NCBI GenBank assembly: GCA_951406725.2 | Contig: OX597831.1 | Span: 50,716,001 to 50,780,000 of the forward strand | Length of the DNA stretch: 64,000 nucleotides | Reading direction: 5' to 3' | Source: Octopus vulgaris | Taxonomy: Eukaryota | Shown here: one piece after another, positions 51,583 to 64,000 of the stretch | Numbering within the stretch: position 1 is the stretch's first letter | How the letters are laid out: the number at the start of each line of letters is the position of its first letter | Translations under genes and position numbers: made by a program | Notes under the pieces: model-generated | Told to the model about the DNA's origin: nothing | Seen by the model: the letters and a program-made list of their open reading frames with translations, nothing else | Databases searched by the model: none

Positions 51583-52287
51583 TTCTAATCCTGCAGACTA
51601 TCGCCCTATAGAATCACTTCCAGTATCTCTAGGGTAAATGAGACAAAAACATTAACATATACGTCATTCAACACCTTGAATGACTCTCTATTACTCTCTC
51701 ATTGTCGCTCTCTTTGTATCTCTCTCAGTTTCTATCTATTTGCTTGTCTATGTCTCTCTTCCACATTATTTAATGATCCCCAGTGTACTTTCTGTAAGGT
51801 CAGGTTGAGTGGTGATCTACTCTCCTTTGTAACACAGCAGTGAGGTCTTGCCTTAGCGAAATTTAGTTGAAATATTGTTGTTGTCCTCGATATTAGTAAA
51901 GCTTTAATGAGTGTCAGGTGAAACCCCTATCAAAACTATCCCCCAATGAACACTTAGATCGGTGTTCATTGAGTGAGCGTTGTCACATCGCGCTATCACA
52001 GCGTGAATTCACGGAGTTCATTCTGTTCCTAAGTCTATTAAATCTGGTTTGCCCATCTGAATATAAAGAGGTAAAGAGATGTCCATCTGAATATAAACTC
52101 AAACTTAAAAGTCGAATCCAACGGCTCGAGTATATTTTTTGAAAGAGACAAAGAGGAACTGGCACTACATGAGCTGATGAATATGTCGTCCTTGAATAAT
52201 CAAAAGACACACTATCACTTTTAGTAGAAAGTTTTAAAAAGAATGCACCATTTCTCTCCTTTTTAGTTTTTATACATTAACGACTTA
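51583..52287 (+). mobile_element. Jockey/CR1-group reverse transcriptase relic
   Basis: SNPADYRPI, DPQCTFCKVRLSGDLLSFVTQQ, VVVLDISKA, YINDL. Confidence 0.72.
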
Positions 52288-52289
52288 CT

Positions 52290-53749
52290 TGGCACACCAC
52301 ACTTGAGCTCAGATTGGTCATTTAAAATAAGTAGTTCCTCCAACGTCAATTAACTACGGCAAACATTTGACTTGATGCCTACTTAATTTTTTTATTTATG
52401 TTACATTTTTCAGTATTCAAGGACCATATGCGCACAGCTTATTCAGAGTCAGTTCTTTACCCTTTCAGAAAATTATTTTCCTGCTATTTTATTCGATGTT
52501 TATGTCAGTTTGCCATCTCGACATATTCAAATCCGTTAGGATTATTTCTCGGGGTTACCTTAGCTCTTTGTATGCTATTAATTCTTCTAGTCAAATTCTA
52601 CGAAATGGATATGTAACTAAGGTATGTCAGTGGCATTTGTAACTACATTTAGCTTTGTTGTTTACATTTTCGTCATCTTCCTATGGCTCAGGTACTGCAT
52701 TTGATTTATATAGAATTAGCATGTTTTTAAATGAATTTCCGTTAGATATTTTTTGCGCTTATGATCGAGTGGAAAATGTTTCTTTATGAAATGAATATGT
52801 CCTTTGCCCTTTCTCTGTTTCTTTTGTTCATACACTAATCAGAAATGAAGGATTATATCGTATACGATTCCTAGTCGGCTCCATCATTTTAAAAATTTAT
52901 TTGTTTTATATTCAGTTGATTCTTCGAAACCGTGAGATTTTTGTGCACAGTGTGTCTTCGCTATTTAAAGATGCATGCCCCATTGCCAGAAATAGATGGA
53001 ATTCGCTGAGTTAAATTACAGGAACGATTCTTCACAATATTTCATAGCCGATTTGATTTAATGTTTTTGTAGAGTCAAGGGCCTGTAGGTTTTAAGTACC
53101 GTTGAATTATACCCTTATTAATACCAGCCGACAGAGTCAACGGGTTAGCAGTTTTTATATCGGTTTTATCTTTATTTTTAGGTTTAGGCCACTCAATAAC
53201 TTCGTTAATTCCTTTGTGACCTTATTCGCTTTCTAGATATTTCCTTCTTAGATATTGAAATACTGTCGTTCTCTTTAAATTTGTTTTGTATGAAATCTAG
53301 AAAAGCAATATCATTTCAAACTTCTAAATACCTGACATTCATATTTACTTTCAAAGGATCTACGTCCTCCTTCAGTATCCAAAAGCTAGCACCATAGAAC
53401 ATAATTGAATCTTTTCATAATTTGTCTATCCTTATCGTTATTGATCTATGATGTTTCACCAAGTTGTAGCTTCTCAGTGAGATTTGATTTGATATAGGAG
53501 AAACTGTAAAGCTCTCTGTCAAATGGTACAAAAATAGATTATCCATCTATTCACCTACCCAGTACTTGCAAACACGTACCAAATGGGACATCAACGTATG
53601 TCATTATTAATTCCATCTCATATACTTTTGCTACTTCTTTCAATTTCTATTTCTGTAGAATTAATAAGTCGACTTGTGGAATTACTCATAAAATTAGAGT
53701 TGCATTTTGATGTTAATAGACTGTTTTCGACATAAAGGATCTCTCCACT

Positions 53750-53812
<63 letters not shown>

Positions 53813-54098
53813 GAATATGTTACAAAAAGAAAATATAAGATACACGTGGAAATGTAAGGGTAAAATATGAAAATTCAACGAAAATGCACATTGCAAATTT
53901 TAAAAAAGGCTTTTTATGACAAGTAACGACAAATATATACATTTAGATGGACTGAGGTAGTAATAAGAGTCATAAAAGTCATTATGAGATGATTATAAGA
54001 TGATAATTAAAGTAAGAGAACAAAGCGAACCATGGTTTCCGCAAAACTATTCATCGCTTTGAAAACACCGGCTAATACACTGTGCATTTTCGTTGATT

Positions 54099-54146
<48 letters not shown>

Positions 54147-54620
54147 AGACAAGATGCTATAAATATCACTTCGTTATTTATAGATATCAAGAATTATGCA
54201 ATGGCTTATTAGTATTTTCTTTAAATACTATTTTCAGCAAATCATTGAAAGTGCCATACGTATTCATTTCGGTGTACAGAATTCAGAAATCATGTTGTCT
54301 TTCTGTTCGATTTTCTGGCATTTTTCAATTTCCCTGCGATTTCACTTTGGAGGCCATAGAATCTTTTTCAACGTCATTTCCTTTAACATTCTGAAGATGG
54401 CATTCTCTAAAGGTTCTAGTAGATTATTTCCTGGTAGCTGTTTTCTAAAGCCAGATTTCCTCTCCTTATGTTTGTCCACGTCATTACGTCTCTCTCAAAA
54501 AATAGCTTCCATCTCATATTCTTGACTAGGCTTTTCGTCGTATCGATGCATTTCATAAACTGCTTAAAAGAGGGAGTGGCGATGCTCTTCGTGGGGAAAT
54601 TAATCGGAAAGATATTTATA
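52290..54620 (-). pseudogene. Near-full-length decayed Penelope-like RT + GIY-YIG ORF, interrupted at 53752-54143
   Basis: Ordered remnants KSIATPS, LVKNMRWKLFF, GFRK..LEPLENAI, NFMSNSTSRLINSTEIEIERSSKSI, IFVPFD, RNRIRYNPSF, IKKHFPLDHK, AKVT..FEYV, RIWSL. Confidence 0.75.
54021..54061 (-). ncRNA. Hammerhead relic with deleted core bases
   Basis: CAAAGCG-ATGA...G-GAAAC-CATG-GTT-CGCTTTG: perfect 7-bp stem I, palindromic stem III. Confidence 0.45.
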
Positions 54621-55048
54621 TAGCTGGTTAACGATGTAAAAAATGACTTGAATTTATATGGCTATGATTATATATAGATATACATACATATATATGCATA
54701 AATTAGATATATATATATGTAATATATACAAATATAATGTATACATATATATGTATATAGTATATACATATATTCATATACCTATATATATTATATATAT
54801 TATATACTTATATATATTCACACATTTAGACATATCTATATACCTATATACATACATACACAAACACACACACAAACAAACACACGCATGCATACACATA
54901 CATACATACATACATACATACATACATACATACTTGCATACATGCATATATACATATAAAGAGAGTGTGTCATGGGTCTATACCATATTTGTTTGAATGG
55001 TTTGTTTGAAAGTTCTTTACCGTTTCTTTTTCTATCATATATGTATAT

Positions 55049-55103
<55 letters not shown>

Positions 55104-55633
55104 GAAAGAGAGAGAGGGGGAGGAAGAGAGAGTATATTTAGAACTCTGGCATTATTAAAGCATAACTTTTAAAAGCCATGTCTTTTATATTTTAGCACAC
55201 TCTTAAATATCAATGTACATAATCAATACTATTGTACTCGATAGACAAAACTGTTAATCAACACATTCACAGAGAATGATATCTGCATATTACAGAAATA
55301 TCTGCACATTTCAATATGATGCAATGGAAGAATAAATTATTTTGCTTCTTCAATGCTATTTGAAATCATGTAATAATTGTAATAATTTGCTCAATGTATT
55401 TTGTATGAAACTTGAATGTTAAAGGTAACTACAAATACTTTTACAAAAATACACACAAATGCACACACAGTAGAATGGTTTCGAATTGAAGTAGGGAAGC
55501 GGCTTTTAAAAAGAGTCTACCTGTTGATATTATCACCCATAATTCTTGACTGACCCTATATTTTATCGACCCTGGTGGGATATGACAGACACTAGCGGGT
55601 TTTAAACTGAGAATGTAAAACAACTGAACAAAC

Positions 55634-56013
<380 letters not shown>

Positions 56014-56552
56014 TAGGAAATATATATGAAGCATTTCATTGCTATTAGTACATGTTTATAACGAATCTCATGTCTAATTGCATAGATTTAATGAGGGCAA
56101 ACTTTTTAAGCTCTAGAGACTTGTATGATATTTGGTTTATGTTTCATATTTTCTGAACACTTTGTGTGATATCTCTCGCTGTACACTCCATTAGTTTTAG
56201 CACTGTATTTTTATAAACATGTTGGTTTCTTAAGTTGTTTTACTGCTTAGAAATCATGTTGTTTGTTCCTACTTCACTTATAACAACGAATATCTGATAG
56301 ATTTATGTAATTTATGTGTAAATTTATTTTGGTTTGGTACCTAGAATCAAAATTCAACAATTTAAAATTGTTGGTTTCAGAGGATTTATAGTTGTAGTTT
56401 ATTAATGATAGACTAATTAACTATAAGGGGTTAAAAGAAACATAACTGATTCATAAATATCTTCCTGGAAAAAATGGAGAGACCAGGATTCGTATCCTGA
56501 AGGAAAAAAAAAACCAACTGTTTAAGTTCGACAATATAAAACTATTGGTTTA

Positions 56553-56720
56553 AGGCGGTGAGCAGGGAAAATCGTTAGCACGCCAGTCAAGATGCCGAGT
56601 GGCGGTATTTCGTCCGCCTTTACCTCCTTTCGGAGTTGATAAAATATGTACTAGCTTTGTACTGGGATAATTGACTATCCCCCTACCCCGAACTTGTTGG
56701 CCTTTTGACAAAATTTGAAA
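56553..56720 (+). mobile_element. Old SINE-B-like copy
   Basis: AAGGCGGTGAGC..ATCGTTAGCACGCC..CAAAATTTGAAA. Confidence 0.6.
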
Positions 56721-57421
56721 TAAATACAAACTACTGATAAAAAGCCGACAACGTTTAATTTCAAGATTGTTAACGCAAGTGTCTATATATTTTTATGAAC
56801 AACAGAACCTTGAGCACGCTGGTAAGATCGTAGTAGTGGTTCAATACAAAGACTGATATCCACATAGCTAAAACCAATACCAATAAATGATGGGCTGTAA
56901 TCACGCGACAAAAACGGCAGCTAAAATTATCAGATTGCCATCAGAGTGACCAACAATCTACAGAGGGCTTTTGTAAAGAAACTATCATTGATGAAAATGT
57001 AATATTCAGAAATAGAAAGTGTTTAACTTTCAGCAACGACACACTACCTGATTTTAGTATAAATTATGGACTTTTATGTAATGAACACAACACTCAGCTG
57101 CTATATGTGTTGCTCGTACTGAAATTTTAGAAATCTTCTTCAAATAGCATCCTATTGTGGAAAAAATAGGGGCAGACTACATAATGCAGTTCTAGAGTTA
57201 ATGTATTTGAGAAAACAACAGAGGATTGTGGTGTCTTTGAGCATAGGTTTCTTCGGATGCTTTTGATTTAGGCTGAGCACTAAAAATAAGGACACGCTTA
57301 TGATTATGGGTGTGTCTTTGCGAATCTATGTTTGTGTCTGTATTTGTGTGGCTATATATACATGCTTGCAAAGTAGACGTCAGCATCTAATTTAATTAAA
57401 GCACTATTTTGTGATTGTACA

Positions 57422-57640
57422 AGGCGACAACTCGGAAGAATCGTTGGAATGTCGGGGGGAAAATTTTTTAAGTATTTAAACCTGCTCTTTACGAGCTCAA
57501 ACTTGTCGAAGTAAAATTTATTTGTTTTTATCTCTCTGGGGTGGATTACATAAAGTATTAGTCTTCTATTGATATCGATGCAATCGACGAACCACCTCCC
57601 TTCAAAACAGTTTGTCGTGTGCCTAAATCAGAAGCCATAT
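57422..57640 (+). mobile_element. Very old SINE-B-like copy
   Basis: AAGGCGAC..GAATCGTT..ATCGATGCAATCGAC. Confidence 0.45.
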
Positions 57641-59369
57641 TGTGTAATGGCAATCATAAAGGCTTTGTAAAAGTCGCGTCTACCTTACGTTTCCTTTTTA
57701 CTTTACTCTTTTAAAGTCAAAAAGGTTAATCACTCAATGATGGATACCGCTTCTTAGGAATCATAAAGAAAAAAATGCAAGCATTTATGATTTTAATTAT
57801 ATTTTGTTAGTTCTCATTTTTAATTTACAACCATTTCAGCAATTATTTTTCCTTTACGTAATTTTTTTCTTCATGAAATTTTTTAGCGATTTTCACATCT
57901 CCAACTGGTTAAGATCATTAACTTCTTTTTAAAATATCGCAGTTTTGGGGTTTTTTTTCTTCTACTTAATTGTTTACTTTGGATTAAATATATCAGATGT
58001 TAAAACTATTTTATTCAATAAGCAGAAAAAATTAAATACGAGAAAGGCATCCGTTCCAGTTTCCAATTGTTGAAGCGACAGCAGTGGTAGTGGTAGTAGT
58101 AGCTTATATTCTATGAATTCGAAAAAACGTGCAAATATAAATTAAATAATGCGGTGATGGAATCAAGGAAAATAAACAGAAAACAGTTGAAACATGAGCA
58201 AAAGAAGGAAGCAACAAGAGTAACAAGAGCAAGTACCACTGAACAAAAACATTGCATTCATTACTTTAATTACCACTGTTGGTTAGGATTAATATTTCAT
58301 ATTTTTGCAATCTTCAACGGGGCATATTTCCGTTGTTTTGTACAGTCTCTCTTTTCTTTTCTTTTTTAACAAAAAAAAATTATAAAAACAAAATATTTGT
58401 CGGATTTAATCTCTTCGTGTCAAATTTATGGAAATGTAATGTTTCATTGTCCTTTCTGTTTTAATTATTGGAAGTTAAGATGTTTTGCTTTGATTATTGC
58501 TTTTTGTTCGTTTGTTTTCTTTGAGGAGTTTGTTTTGTTATTGTTTAAAAGGTTTCATTGCATTACATTGATTGCGATAGAACAAATGGTAAAAGAATTA
58601 TTGTTTGATAACAAAGCGCATTTCGTTTTTCGTGAAAAGCAAAGCGACGTGAATAACAAGAAATGGTAAATTTTCTTACAGTACGAAGCCATACTCAGTT
58701 CAAACCCCTGAAGGGAATTTCTTTCGTGATTTTTTTTTCTTTTTTGAAGAGAGTTGGTAGAGTGTAAGAGTGTCTAGCTGCGAAATACTTTGCGGCTGTT
58801 AACTGCAATTCCTTGCATTCGGAGTTCAAATCCCGATGTCAACTTTGACTTTGATCTTTCTGGGGTTGATAAATAATTTACTATCTATAGCAGTCGTCTG
58901 GTGGAGGATATGGAGTTTTGAAGAAAATGCCTTGCAGTACTTGTTCTGCTTCTCTACGTTCAGATCCCGTCGGGGACTACTTCGATGGTACATTTAATTC
59001 ATCATTCATTTTTGCACGACCAAGTGGCCCATTGGATTACTTTAGCAAAGTTCACTCAGTTGTAAATATACGAGCCAGACTAGATCCCTGGTTTGAGAGT
59101 ACTGTCTTTGCTTCCGTTTCGGAGATCCTAAATATGTCATGAACAAAGCTTTTTCCTCTGAAATAAACAATAAAGAAAGAAATTAAATATTTGCAAACCA
59201 CTGAGGGGAATAGAAGCGAATTCTTCCTCAAATTCCATCCTATTATTTTAAAGAAGGAAAGATGCGAAGTGAAGATCACAACTTGGATGTTTTTGACCAC
59301 AGATCTTTCAAACCATTATAGTCCTAAGGTGAAACAGCAAGAGGTAAGTTTAATTAAAATTCATTTTGT

Positions 59370-60200
59370 GTCTGTTTTTGTCACCACACCACCACCATCA
59401 TTAGACAACAGGTAATTTGATTTATTTCCGTTTCCGTAACTTACCAATTCAGAAAAATCAACCGATAGAATAAGCATCAGACTTGGAAAAGTAACAGAAG
59501 TCTTGCAGTTGATGTGTTCGATTAAAACTCTTCAGGGTAGTGCCCCGGTTGCGGTAGCCTAATGGCTGAGTAAACTGAAAGATAAAAGATAAACGGATTA
59601 AACAAAGTGGAGCTATTGAACAGAGAAATTAATGCTTTCTTTTCTTCCACTGTGTTCTGAGCACATAATGCTAGAAGGGATTACATGAGTGCGTGTGTGC
59701 AAGGACGTCTAGCTGCCAGATGGACAAAAGCAAATTTGACCTCGGCGTAATTTGAAATATAAATTTGAAGATGAAAATATTTTGGTCGTCGATTGGGTTA
59801 TTTCGCCACTTTAATAACAGCTCTCAACACAGAAATATTGGCCACAAGTTTATTAACTCCAAAGGGATTCAAGCCAAATTATAATCGGCAAAATTTGAAC
59901 TCAAAATGTAAAAAAAACGGAACGAAATATTTCGAGATATCCTTTTCAGATGCTTTAACAACTCTGCCAATCTGCTGCCCTTGATGATGTCTAACATAGG
60001 CATACGTCCAGAAATAATAAAGGATGTTGGGTGGTGGTAAGTAAATCGATCGCAGAAATTAACAAATACATCATTTATTGGCCACGAAAGGATGAAAAGA
60101 TAAGTTTAACCTTAGTGGGATTTGAAATCAAAGCATAAAGAGGCGAAACATTACAACGGATTATCAGTTCCAACACTCTAATAATTCAGCTAGTCCACCG
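59370..60200. mobile_element. Degenerate SINE A tail (59370-59590) and SINE-B-like remnants
   Basis: CCGTAACTTA..ACCGATAGAATAAG..CTGAAAGATAAAAG; GACCTCGGC..ATTTGAA. Confidence 0.5.
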
Positions 60201-61344
60201 ACTTTAATAATTTCTGGTATGGGCACTTATAAGGAATATGAAGGAAGGGGTGCAGTCAAGATATCGATTCCATCCAATTGCTAGGGTATCGTGTTTCAAA
60301 TTTGTAGGTCTTGAAACCTAACACGTATCCAGTAGAATACAGCACGCCACCGATCTGCCAATGGTAGATACAGTATAGATTGGCTGAGATATGAAGAACA
60401 CAATATTTCCTGTTATAATATACTCAGTTATAGTACACAAGAATAATACTTCTCACAGCAGGTATCTAGAGTTATTGAAAAAGAAAAATTATTCCAACTG
60501 TTTGTTTACACCTTAGAGGGCTTATGTTTTGTATGTGTATTAGACATATATGTAAATTCAGCGGACATATATATATATATATATAAAACAAGTGCTAGAC
60601 ACTAACGCGCACACAGACACAAAATTATGTCTGTATTAATGTATACATGTGTGTATGTGTGGGTATGTGTGTGTGCATGTGTGTGTGTTCCTATATATAA
60701 ATACGTATATATACGTGCATATATATATACATATATATGTGCACATATTTATATTATATGCGCATATATATATATGTATATATATGTATATATATACATG
60801 TATGTATGTATATATATACATGTATGTATGTATTTATGTATATGCGCATTGATATGCATATATATATATCAACATACACACACACACATATATGTATATG
60901 TATGTTTGTATGCGTGTATGTATGTATGCATGTATGTATGTATATACATTCGGTAAACAAAATCGTTCAATAGCAATAGATGGCTCGAAACCATTTAAGT
61001 TGTTAAAATAGATTGTATACTACTTTCGGTTGTATTGTGAGTTACATAAAGTGATGTTTATACATTAAACTAGAAATAGTATTCTTGTTAAGTCATGTCA
61101 AAATCTGAATCACTATCACGCTACGTACTTTACAAAGCGATAAGGAGAAAATGCAAAAGATTCTGAACAGCTTTATAGGTTCACAGTATGGGATGTAATA
61201 TCTTCAGTTATCTATGAATTTTAATTTTACCAATAAAAATAATCTAAACACTTAGTTTATAAAGGAATGCTTTCTACTGCCAATATATATATTTCTAAAA
61301 AATTTTAACGAGATTGTATATAAATATGTGTATATACTTTTATT

Positions 61345-61500
61345 CTTTTCATTATTTACATTATTTACATTTCATGGATATTTGTCCTCATCTTGTTTGT
61401 TTTTAAAACAACGTTTCGGCTAATATACCCTCCAGCCTTCATTGGGTGTCTTGAGGAAATTTCGAACCTGGGTTCTCATTCCTAAGGTACTTTTCGATGT
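61345..61500 (-). mobile_element. Repeat end with hammerhead-like relic
   Basis: Minus CCAATGAA-GGCTG(GAGGGTATAT)TAGCC-GAAAC-GTTGT at 61405-61447; AATGTAAAT-type tandem tail. Confidence 0.5.
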
Positions 61501-61502
61501 TG

Positions 61503-61931
<429 letters not shown>

Positions 61932-61938
61932 CTCTATA

Positions 61939-62297
61939 ATGGTATGGCGAGCTGTCACCAGTAATGGTTGTTCTGGGCAGAAAAATACATCAAAATACTT
62001 AAGCAAGGACTACTTCCGATGTATTTACACGATAGCATAACGAAAAATGAGTTTTTATTCATGGAAGATGAGGCTCCATTCCACACAGCGAAAAGAAATC
62101 AACAATGGGATCAAAAAGCTTCCTTGGCCGAGCCAATCTCCTGACATGAACCCAACTGGAAAGTTTGGGAGCATACTAGATAGAGCTATACGAAAAACTC
62201 GACAGAAACCTAAAAATAAAGATGAATTTTTTTCGATTGTTGCGTGAAAACTGAGCAGAAATTCCACAAAAGACAGTCACAAAAGTCATCAGGTCAA
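61939..62297 (+). mobile_element. Tc1-like transposase fragment
   Basis: MVWRAVTSNG, FMEDEAPFHTA, LPWPSQSPDMNP. Confidence 0.75.
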
Positions 62298-62707
62298 TAC
62301 TCTTACTCTTTTACTCTTTTACTTGTTTCAGTCAGTTAACTGCGGCCATGCCGGAGCACCGCCTTTAGTCGAGCAACTCGACCCCGGGACTTATTCTTTG
62401 TAAGCCCAGTACTTATTCTATCGGTCTCTTTTGCCGAACCGCTAAGTGACGGGGACGTAAACACACCAGCATCGGTCAAGCAATGCTAGGGGGACAAACA
62501 CAGACACACAAACACACACACATACATATATATATACATATATACGACAGGCTTCTTTCAGTTTCCGTCTACCAAATCCACTCACAAGGCATTGGTCGGC
62601 CCGGGGCTATAGCAGAAGATACTTGCCCAAGATGCCACGCAGTGGGACTGAACCCGGAACCATGTGGTTGGTTAGCAAGCTACTTACCACACAGCCACTC
62701 CTGCGCC
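62298..62707 (-). mobile_element. SINE family A, young copy
   Basis: Full family match. Confidence 0.95.
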
Positions 62708-62856
62708 AATGTCAAAAACAATTTCTTAATTAAAAACTGCAAAGGGAGTGTCAACTAAATACTAAAGTATATAGTCCTACCTATCAATTACATTTCAATT
62801 GTTCGCTTTGCGTATTAAATAAGAGATTTTGAAAATTAAAGGTGTCTATTTACTTC

Positions 62857-62946
<90 letters not shown>

Positions 62947-62951
62947 GCATA

Positions 62952-63140
62952 GGAGCGTTCCGTTGGTTACGACGACGAGGGCCCAAGCTGAAAGGATGAA
63001 CGGAACGGCTTGCTCATGAAATGAAATTAACGTGCAAGTGGCTGAGCCTTCCACAGACGCGTGTGCACTTAACGTAGTTCTCAGGGAGATTCAGCCTGAC
63101 ACACAGTGTAACAAGGCTGGCCCTTTAAGATACAGGTACG
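62952..63140 (-). mobile_element. Shared SINE C/D 3' region
   Basis: GGTTACGACGACGAGGG..AATTAACGTGCAAGTGG..GTTCTCAGG.AGATT.AGC.TGACACA matches 14757-14900. Confidence 0.8.
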
Positions 63141-63420
63141 ACTACTGAGGACATCTCAGTACATGTCCTCAGATTGTACTGTCCTCAGATTGAGACCCAA
63201 ACACTCTGAAATGTTTGTATTGGAGCTTGTGGCGTGAATGCCAAGCAGTACAGCATTCCGCTTCCAAATTTCTGGCAAAGTGAATTGCGTCATGGTGCTG
63301 TTTTTCTAATAGACGGTGCCCAACTGACCCTATTAAACTGTGTAGTCGACAAAACCAAAAACAAACAAGTGTGTGTGTGTTTGTGTGTGTATGTGTATAC
63401 ATATATATATACGCATATAA

Positions 63421-63468
<48 letters not shown>

Positions 63469-64000
63469 GTGTGTTTACGTATGTGTATATACATGTATGC
63501 AGACACACATGCACAAATATAAACAGACAGACAGATAGATAGATACATAGATAGATACATACATACATGCATGCATGCATGCATGCATACATACATGCAT
63601 GCATGCATACATACATACATACATACATACATACATACAAACAAACAAACAAACAAACAAACATACATAGACATGTATATGTGTATATTTCTAATCTGCA
63701 CATATATCACACGATGCGTGTATATGTATTAAGAAACGGATTATAGCTATGAATACATTTTTTATACTTTATATTTATTAGAAATATGTCGATAACTCAT
63801 TTCATTGCTTCACAGAGTAGCCGTGGAAATAATACACGTACCATCAACAGTACACTTTTTTCCAAAAATGAATTAGGATATTCTTCGATAATGCATAGCG
63901 AGTCTAATGTTGATTGGTAGAATCTGATCCTGTTTACTTATAAACGGCTACCAAAAGGTTTAACAGCACGTTTGCTGCTATGCAAAGAAAACCATTCGGT

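Overview
AT-rich, microsatellite-dense animal DNA. The tRNA-derived SINE families resemble those of octopus/cephalopods (an inference from recognition, not a search). I found no convincing host protein-coding gene, and most ORFs in the track are translations of (TA)n/(CA)n/(ATT)n arrays or SINEs. The window is a layered transposon landscape: many tRNA-SINEs of about four families, two mariner relics, a Chapaev3-like transposase nested in one mariner, Tc1 fragments, a hAT-type MITE, a Helitron RepHel relic, RTE, CR1/Jockey-like and Dong/R4 LINE fragments, and several Penelope-like elements (PLEs). The main signal is about a dozen type-I hammerhead ribozyme (HHR) motifs or relics (CTGAnGA..stem II..GAAA-palindrome-NTH) from several unrelated families. 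They lie near element ends that abut (TA)n arrays, often in fold-back pairs. The best candidate is a very young non-coding element at 18387-19209: a 484-bp terminally redundant unit plus a near-identical 289-bp inverted arm, with an HHR in both arms, inserted into the microsatellite of a SINE. It looks like a retrozyme-like or circular-RNA-templated non-autonomous element. Boundaries were read by eye; those of old elements are approximate.
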